From an uncultured Verrucomicrobiota bacterium (GTDB lineage Bacteria; Verrucomicrobiota; Kiritimatiellia; RFP12; UBA1067), in the NCBI GenBank assembly GCA_946613265.1, contig CAMOFK010000001.1:22753-86752 (forward strand): a DNA stretch of 64,000 nucleotides. The letters are read 5' to 3'. The notes beneath the pieces are model-generated. The model searched no databases and was not told the origin of the DNA. It worked only from the letters and a program-made list of their open reading frames with translations. Below, one piece after another: positions 58,271 to 64,000 of this stretch. Both the position numbers and the translations under genes were made by a program. How positions within the stretch are numbered: the first letter of the stretch is position 1; the number at the start of each line of letters is the position of its first letter.

Positions 58271-59209
58271 TCAGACGCGATAGCCGGCGCGGCGTGCGAG
58301 TTCGCGATCATCGGCGAAAATCGCGCCTGGCGTGGTGAGAAGAGCGCCGGCTATCCCTGCGGATATGCCGACATAGATGCACTTTTCGGCTGTTTCGTCG
58401 GACATGTCTCTGCGGCCGCCCGCGAAGCGCAAATGGGTCGCGGGGTTGACAAGGCGCAGAAGGGCGATGGAATCGACCACTCGTTCTGGATCGAGAATGG
58501 GTCGAGCGCCGAGCGGCGTGCCTTCTATAGGATGAAGGACGTTGACGGGGATGGAGTCCGGCGCAATCTCCTTGAGCGTGAAAGCGAATTCGACGAGCTG
58601 TTCGTCCGTCTCGCCCATGCCGATGATGCCGCCGCAGCAGATTTCCAGGCCGAGGCGGCGGGCGGCGCGAAGCGTCGCGAGCTTGTCGGCGATAGTGTGC
58701 GTAGAGCAAAGGCGCGGGAAGAGCGATGGCGCGGTCTCGATATTGCAATGCACTCTCGACAACCCGGCGGCTTTGAGTTTGGCGAGGTCGTCTTCGGAGA
58801 GGAGCCCGAGAGACGCGCAGAGAGAGATGGAGCCATGCTCGCGCATCTTGCGCAGCGCGGCGCACACATTCTCGATTTCGCCGGGAGAGAGCGTGCGGCC
58901 GGATGTGACGATGCCGATGCGCCGCACGCCGTTGGCCTCGGCATCGGCGGCGGCGCGCGCGCATTCGTCTTCGCCGATCCAGCCATGTGCGGCGCAAGAG
59001 GTTTTCCAGTGCGCGGATTGCGCGCACCATTTGCAATCCTCGGTGCAGCGCCCGCAGCGGGCGTTGATTATCGAACAAAAGTCGAAAGTCTTTTCCACGC
59101 ACGCGAGCGTGACGGCGTGGGCGCGCTCGCGCAGTTCGGCGCGGCGCTCCGGCGCCAGCAGCGCCAGCGCTTCTTCGCGCGTTATTCCTTCTGCATCTGT
59201 TTTCCGCAT
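58271..59209 (-). CDS. bioB: Biotin synthase (radical SAM)
   Basis: Start MRKTDAEGITREEAL at 59209. Radical-SAM cluster motif CGRCTEDCKWCAQS, then HCNIET and CCGGIIGMGET. Confidence 0.9.
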   Translation of the reverse strand: MRKTDAEGITREEALALLAPERRAELRERAHAVTLACVEKTFDFCSIINARCGRCTEDCKWCAQSAHWKTSCAAHGWIGEDECARAAADAEANGVRRIGIVTSGRTLSPGEIENVCAALRKMREHGSISLCASLGLLSEDDLAKLKAAGLSRVHCNIETAPSLFPRLCSTHTIADKLATLRAARRLGLEICCGGIIGMGETDEQLVEFAFTLKEIAPDSIPVNVLHPIEGTPLGARPILDPERVVDSIALLRLVNPATHLRFAGGRRDMSDETAEKCIYVGISAGIAGALLTTPGAIFADDRELARRAGYRV

Positions 59210-59229
59210 ATTCGTGGTGCTGTTCCGGG

Positions 59230-60711
59230 CTAGGCGTTTCTGTTTTCGAGCGCCTTGGCGGCGCGATGGAAGATTTCGCGATTCTTTTCGATGAGCTGCG
59301 GCTTCTTTTTGAAGGACGCGCAAAGCGCTTCTTCGAGCGAAGCATCCGCAAGACCCGTCGCCTTGCAAACCTTCAGCGCGGCGAGCATCATCGTATTCGC
59401 GGCTTTCGGGACGCCGAATTCCTCCGCCATCGCGATCGCCGGCACGCGGCGCAGGCGCACGCCTTCCGGCGGCTCCTTCGCGACAGGCACGGTTTCATCT
59501 ACTATCACGAGACCGCCTGGCTTGACATCTGCGGCGAAGCGCTCGTACGAGGGCTGGTTCATGCAGACGAGGACGTCGGGATGCTCCACCGAGGGCGCGC
59601 CTATGCGCTGCGGGCTTACCACGACTGAGCAGGAGGCAGAGCCGCCGCGCTGCTCCGGACCGTACGACGGGAACCAAAGCGTGTGCAGATTCTCGAGGCG
59701 CGCGGCTTCCGCCACGCAAAGCCCGAGCGAGAGAATTCCCTGACCGCCATAGCCCGCGAATTTGAAGCGCAGTTCCTTGGAAAGCCGCGCCATGCCGGCG
59801 CCGCGCTCCGGCGCTCCATCGGCGGCTTGCGCGCCGGCGGAAGCGCTGAAGAGCTCTGCGCAGGAATTGAAGCGCGGCACTGGGCGCACGGCGAGTGCGG
59901 AGCCTTGCGCGGGCGCCGCCGCGCTTTCTTCGCCGCCGGCTTGCGCGGAACGGTCGCGAAAAACGCCGAGCGGGAATTCGCGCTCCATTTCGTCGATGCA
60001 GAAGCGCGCGGCCTTCTGCGCGTCCATCCTGAAATTCGTTGGGCACGGCGCGAGGATTTCCAGCATCGCGTAGCCTTTGCCGTCGCGCTGAAGCTCGAAG
60101 ACTTTGCGGATCGCGGCCTTCGCCTGCATGATGCGTTTAGTGTCTGCCACGGAGACGCGCGCGATGTAGAAGGGCGCCTGAAGCTGGTTGAAAACTTCGC
60201 AGACGTGCAGAGGGTGGCCGGTCAGCGCGGGATCGCGCCCGTAGGGAGTGGTCGTCGTCGTTTCGCCTTCGAGCGTGGTGGGCGCCATCTGCCCGCCGGT
60301 CATGCCGTAGAGCGAGTTGTTGATGAATATGCAGCCGAAGCGCTCGCCGCGCGATGCCGCCTGGAAGGCGTTGTTGAAGCCGATCGCGCCGAGATCGCCG
60401 TCGCCCTGGTAGGCGATGGTCACGGCGCCGGGGCGCGCGCGCGCCACGCCCGTGGCGGCGGCGGATGCGCGGCCGTGCGCCGCCGAAATGTGCGCGGCGT
60501 CCCAATAATAATAGGTGAACACGCCGCAGCCGACGGGATCGACGAATATCGTGCGGTCCTGCAAGCCGAGTTCGGCGCAGGCCTCCGCAACGAGCTTGTT
60601 GACGATTCCATGGCCGCATCCGGGGCAATAGTGGGTCGTGCGCGCGTGCGGCTTGCCGCAGCGCGGAAACTCCCGGTACATTCCTTTCTGCTCGATGGTT
60701 TTCATTCTCAA
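59230..60711 (-). CDS. korB: 2-oxoacid:ferredoxin oxidoreductase, fused beta (TPP-binding) and gamma subunits
   Basis: 493 aa. The N-terminal 270 aa carry CPGCGHG and the TPP motif YQGDGDLGAIGFN...INNSLYGMTGGQ. After a low-complexity linker, the C-terminal roughly 190 aa read FAGYGGQGILSLG...FPSYGPEQRGG (gamma subunit). Confidence 0.85.
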   Translation of the reverse strand: MRMKTIEQKGMYREFPRCGKPHARTTHYCPGCGHGIVNKLVAEACAELGLQDRTIFVDPVGCGVFTYYYWDAAHISAAHGRASAAATGVARARPGAVTIAYQGDGDLGAIGFNNAFQAASRGERFGCIFINNSLYGMTGGQMAPTTLEGETTTTTPYGRDPALTGHPLHVCEVFNQLQAPFYIARVSVADTKRIMQAKAAIRKVFELQRDGKGYAMLEILAPCPTNFRMDAQKAARFCIDEMEREFPLGVFRDRSAQAGGEESAAAPAQGSALAVRPVPRFNSCAELFSASAGAQAADGAPERGAGMARLSKELRFKFAGYGGQGILSLGLCVAEAARLENLHTLWFPSYGPEQRGGSASCSVVVSPQRIGAPSVEHPDVLVCMNQPSYERFAADVKPGGLVIVDETVPVAKEPPEGVRLRRVPAIAMAEEFGVPKAANTMMLAALKVCKATGLADASLEEALCASFKKKPQLIEKNREIFHRAAKALENRNA

Positions 60712-60794
60712 ATCCAGAAACTCTGTTGTGTGCTTGCAATGTTGGATCGCCCCGGCGGACGCCGCCGCGCGGCTCTGCTCGCCGGGGCGGCGCG

Positions 60795-61856
60795 CTATTT
60801 CGCCAGATGCGCTTTGGCCGCCGCCACCGCGTCTTCTACGGCGACGACTTCGCCGCCCATGCGATGGACCATCGCGACATCCGCCGCCTGCGCGCCCAGC
60901 CCCGCCTTCGCGAGATTCAGGCGTATGTCGTCGGCGAATTGCCCGGCGTCAAGCTCTATCGCGAGGACTTTCCTGCCGCGCACGGCATCGGCGAGCTGCG
61001 CGCGCGGGAACGGGTTCAGGGTGACCGGGCGGAATACGCCGGCCGCGATCCCCTGCGCGCGCAGCTCCTCCGCCACGGTGCGCGCGATGCGGCTCGAGAT
61101 TCCGTAGCCGCAAAGCACGAGTTCGGCGTCTTCGCAGAGATACGTCTCGGCGCGCGCGTCCTCCTGCATGCGAGCGTACTTCTCCTGCAAATGGATGTTG
61201 AACTCCTCCTGCTGCGCGGCGTCCAGATAGATCGACTTGACGAGATTGCCGCGCGTCGCCGCGACGCCTTCCGCCGCCCACGACGAGAAATCCGGCGCCG
61301 GGGTTTCGTTTTCCGGAAGCTCCACTGTCTCCATCATCTGGCCTTGCAGACCATCGACAAGCACTATCGCCGGTGTGCGCCATTTCGCCGCCATGGCGAA
61401 CGCGAGCATCGTAAAGTCGCACATCTCCTGCGCAGACGCCGGCGCGAGCGTGAAGACCTGGTAGTTGCCGTGGCCGCCGCCTTTCACTGCCGGCGTGTAG
61501 TCGCCCTGCTCGGGATACACGTTGCCAAGCCCGGGGCCCGCGCGCATGACATCGACGACGACCGCAGGCAGTTCCGCGCCCGCCAGATACGAAAGCCCCT
61601 CCTGCATGAGCGAGAAGCCGGGGCCGCTCGTCGCCGTCATGCAGAGCTTCCCCGCGCCTGCCGCGCCGAACATCATATTGATCGACGCCGTCTCGCACTC
61701 CGCCTGCACGAACGTCCTGCCAAGCATCGGAAACCACTTCGCCGCGCCGTGCGCGATTTCGCTCGCCGGCGTTATCGGGTAGCCGAAATAAAGCTCGCAG
61801 CCAGCGTAGAGCGCGCCCATCACGACCGCTTCGTTGCCTTTGACAAATTGCGTCAT
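60795..61856 (-). CDS. korA: 2-oxoacid:ferredoxin oxidoreductase alpha subunit
   Basis: 353 aa from [34 protein letters not shown]. Its ATG overlaps the delta-subunit stop (ATGA). Confidence 0.9.
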   Translation of the reverse strand: MTQFVKGNEAVVMGALYAGCELYFGYPITPASEIAHGAAKWFPMLGRTFVQAECETASINMMFGAAGAGKLCMTATSGPGFSLMQEGLSYLAGAELPAVVVDVMRAGPGLGNVYPEQGDYTPAVKGGGHGNYQVFTLAPASAQEMCDFTMLAFAMAAKWRTPAIVLVDGLQGQMMETVELPENETPAPDFSSWAAEGVAATRGNLVKSIYLDAAQQEEFNIHLQEKYARMQEDARAETYLCEDAELVLCGYGISSRIARTVAEELRAQGIAAGVFRPVTLNPFPRAQLADAVRGRKVLAIELDAGQFADDIRLNLAKAGLGAQAADVAMVHRMGGEVVAVEDAVAAAKAHLAK

Positions 61857-62080
61857 GCCTTCACCACCTTTATTGCGTACGGTTCCGGGCAGTTGTAGAA
61901 GCATATTCCGCAACCTACGCAGCCTTCGCCCTTGTAGGCGACGCTGCGAATGCCGGCGTTGTTCAGCGCGTGCGAGATTTCGAGGCATTTGCGCGGACAC
62001 GCCTCCACGCACCTGCCGCACCCCTTGCACGAGTCCGCCTCGATTTCGGGATGGCTGGCTATAGTTCCTTCTGAGTCCAT
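61853..62080 (-). CDS. korD: 2-oxoacid:ferredoxin oxidoreductase delta subunit (2x[4Fe-4S] ferredoxin)
   Basis: 75 aa with two CxxCxxCxxxCP motifs ([24 protein letters not shown]). Confidence 0.85.
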   Translation of the reverse strand: MDSEGTIASHPEIEADSCKGCGRCVEACPRKCLEISHALNNAGIRSVAYKGEGCVGCGICFYNCPEPYAIKVVKA

Positions 62081-62088
62081 GGATATAT

Positions 62089-62097
62089 ATTATAGCA
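62089..62097 (-). promoter_or_regulatory. Extended -10 promoter (TGCTATAAT) 8 nt from the korD ATG (leaderless configuration)
   Basis: The reverse complement reads gaaAAAATGCTATAATatatatccATG. Confidence 0.7.
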
Positions 62098-62191
62098 TTT
62101 TTTCTCGCCTGCGGAGCCTCCAGGACGCAATGCGCAAAGAAAACGCTTTTTGCGGAAAAATCCCTGCTCTCCGCACGCCCGGCGGAAATTA

Positions 62192-62200
62192 TGGTATAAT
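62192..62200 (+). promoter_or_regulatory. Extended -10 promoter (TGGTATAAT) 8 nt from the ATG at 62209 (leaderless configuration)
   Basis: ggAAATTATGGTATAATaccgccatATG. Confidence 0.7.
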
Positions 62201-62208
62201 ACCGCCAT

Positions 62209-64000
62209 ATGTTTGAAAAAGGGCAGAGCCGTACCATGACGCCGTATCTCACGATACTGGGCGCGCTTGCATTGTCTTTCGGCTATGCCGTGGGATGGGG
62301 GGCGTTCGTCCTCCCGGGGAAACTCTTCCTCAAGAGCGCGGGACCGCTGGGCACGGTGATCGGCATGTCGCTCGGAGCGCTCGCCATGGGCGTCTTCGCA
62401 TGGTGCTACCATATAATGGTTCGCGAAGAGACCGGCTCTGGAGGCAGCTTCGCGTTCGCGCGCCGCGTGTTCGGCCACGACCACGCCTTCCTCGTCGCGT
62501 GGGCGCTCTGTTTGACGTACATCGCGATATTGTGGGCGAACGCCACGGCGCTTAAACTTGTCGTTCGCTACACGCTTGGCGATCTTCTCCAATTCGGCTT
62601 TCATTACCAAGTAGCAGGCTTCGACGTCTATGGCGGCGAAGTCTTGCTTTCCGTATCGGCTATCGCGATCTGCACGCTCCTCTGCTACTTCCGGAGGCGC
62701 TTGACGGCCAATACGCAAATCGCGCTCGCGCTGGTGTTTTTCCTCGGCGTGCTCGCCGTGGCGGCGGCGGCGCTGATCTACCGCGTCCGCGCCGGCGGCG
62801 CCGCCGCGCCTGTCGGGCCGGCGTTCTCCCCGCTCGTGGAGCGCGAAGGCGTTTCGCAGATTTTCCGGATTCTCGCGATGGCGCCGTGGGCGTTCGTCGG
62901 CTTCGAGGCGATCGTCAATTCATCCGGCGAATTCGCCTTCCACCGGAAGAAGGCCTTCGCGATAATGGCCGTTTCTCTCGCCGTCTCCGTGTTCGTGTAT
63001 ATCGCGCTGGGGATGCTGCCGGCGCTCGCGCTGCCCGCCGGCTGGGCGTCCTGGCCGGATTACATCGGCGAAATCGACAAGCTCGAGGGCATAGCGTCAA
63101 TGCCCGTCTTCGCGGCGGCGCACCGCGCGCTCGGCGCTCCCGGCATAGGAATAGTCGTCGTCACGATGGTGGCGGCGCTCTTCACAGGGATTATCGCCTC
63201 GATCGTCGCGCTCAGCCGCCAGATGCACGCGATGGCGCAGGACGAAATCCTACCCGAATGGTTCGGCGCGCTCACGCGCGACAGGACGCCGGGCAATGCG
63301 ATTCTCTTCATCGGCGTGCTCTCGGCGGCGATACCGTTCTTCGGGCGCTCGGTGATCGATTGGCCTATCGACGTCTCGAGCATCGGCGCGGCCGTCGCCT
63401 ACGGCTACACGGCCGCGGCTGCCGCCAGGCTCGCGGGAGAGCGCGGCTGGAAGGCAACGCGCGCCGTCGGCGCGCTCGGTGTCGTGCTTTCGGTGGTCTT
63501 CAGCCTTCTTCTCCTCGTGCCGAACTATCTCTCCGGCTCGGTGTTCGCGGCGGAATCGTATCTTCTTCTCGCGGTGTGGTGCGTGGCGGGCTTCCTCTTC
63601 TACCGCCACCTCTTCCGCAAAGACCGCCAGCAGCGCTACGGCAGCTCGACTATCGCGTGGGTCGGCTTGATAATGATGATTTTCTTCTCTTCCGCGATGT
63701 GGATACGCCAGACCACGTACAACATCACAGGCGAGGTTTACGGCAACGTCGTCACGAGCGCCGGCGGCTTGAAGGTGCTGAGGCTGGAGATGGACCGCCT
63801 GAACGACTCCACCCACGGCCACACGATCATCGAAATCGCGCTTCTCGTCGTCTCGCTCCTGATCATGTTCAGCCTCTTCAGGATACTGCGGCGCCGCGAG
63901 CAGTTGATCGCGATCGAGAAAGCCAAGGCGGAGGACTTGAACAAATCCAAGAGCTACTTCTTCTCGACGATCAGCCACGATATCCGCACGCCGCTCAACG
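62209..64000 (+). CDS. APC-superfamily permease-like domain fused to a sensor histidine kinase; 3' end beyond the window
   Basis: Absent from the ORF track because there is no stop in the window. Hand translation gives MFEKGQSRTMTPYLTILGALALSFGYAVGWGAFVLPG...GGSFAFARRVFGHDHAFLVAWALCLTYIAILWANATAL, followed by about 12 TMs. After two further TMs come a coiled coil (REQLIAIEKAKAEDLNKSKSYF) and the HisKA H-box FSTISHDIRTPLN at the window edge. Confidence 0.8.
   Translation, partial: MFEKGQSRTMTPYLTILGALALSFGYAVGWGAFVLPGKLFLKSAGPLGTVIGMSLGALAMGVFAWCYHIMVREETGSGGSFAFARRVFGHDHAFLVAWALCLTYIAILWANATALKLVVRYTLGDLLQFGFHYQVAGFDVYGGEVLLSVSAIAICTLLCYFRRRLTANTQIALALVFFLGVLAVAAAALIYRVRAGGAAAPVGPAFSPLVEREGVSQIFRILAMAPWAFVGFEAIVNSSGEFAFHRKKAFAIMAVSLAVSVFVYIALGMLPALALPAGWASWPDYIGEIDKLEGIASMPVFAAAHRALGAPGIGIVVVTMVAALFTGIIASIVALSRQMHAMAQDEILPEWFGALTRDRTPGNAILFIGVLSAAIPFFGRSVIDWPIDVSSIGAAVAYGYTAAAAARLAGERGWKATRAVGALGVVLSVVFSLLLLVPNYLSGSVFAAESYLLLAVWCVAGFLFYRHLFRKDRQQRYGSSTIAWVGLIMMIFFSSAMWIRQTTYNITGEVYGNVVTSAGGLKVLRLEMDRLNDSTHGHTIIEIALLVVSLLIMFSLFRILRRREQLIAIEKAKAEDLNKSKSYFFSTISHDIRTPLN

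Overview
High-GC (about 60-65%) bacterial chromosomal segment, densely coding, made up mostly of housekeeping and glycan-utilisation genes. CDS coordinates include the stop codon.

The left 12 kb is one long minus-strand run: prlC (partial), argF, a GHL10-like hydrolase, eda, exbB/exbD plus a TPR protein, era, and an rpiB-glyA fusion.

Next come:
- a giant Ser/Thr-kinase/BspA-type LRR protein
- a stand-alone PurH IMP-cyclohydrolase domain
- an LpxL-family acyltransferase and a GT4 glycosyltransferase
- argG, grpE and dnaJ
- tRNA-Leu(UAG)
- the ACT/UPF0210 pair, a small beta-barrel protein and yggS
- an LMW-PTP
- a fucoside-type cluster: class II aldolase, GH95, a His-phosphatase/esterase fusion, a Tat-MBL hydrolase and a PEtN-transferase-like protein
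- rsmD, queD, a hotdog thioesterase, rnc and purF
- an orphan GspE/PilB-type ATPase
- sdaA
- a GH2 beta-galactosidase with a discoidin domain
- an operon combining an unknown protein, an orphan ParA, a Cys-rich secreted protein, a DUF2723-like GT-C protein, a GT2 and a coiled-coil protein
- a HAD hydrolase and ychJ
- tRNA-Met/Ile2(CAU)
- mutS, an HExxH membrane protein and an FtsB-like protein
- a CBM48 protein
- bioB and korDAB(C)
- a 3'-truncated APC-permease/histidine-kinase fusion

I found no rRNA, CRISPR array, transposase, integrase or recognisable defence genes.

The most unusual content is non-coding.
- Two intergenic arrays (25.94 kb and 57.29 kb) each consist of exactly seven 22-bp-phased units. 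Each unit is a 14-bp palindrome plus an 8-bp spacer. The two arrays differ by compensatory changes in the palindrome arms.
- A 1.2-kb gene-free, hyper-structured island (57.05-58.27 kb) carries five roughly 120-nt composite hairpin elements in alternating orientation.
- A very uniform promoter motif, AAATATGGTATAATA (extended -10), recurs 16 times. In at least six cases it sits 6-8 nt from the start codon, implying leaderless mRNAs.

Gene content and promoter style are compatible with a PVC-type bacterium (Lentisphaerota, Kiritimatiellota or Verrucomicrobiota). That is a weak inference only.
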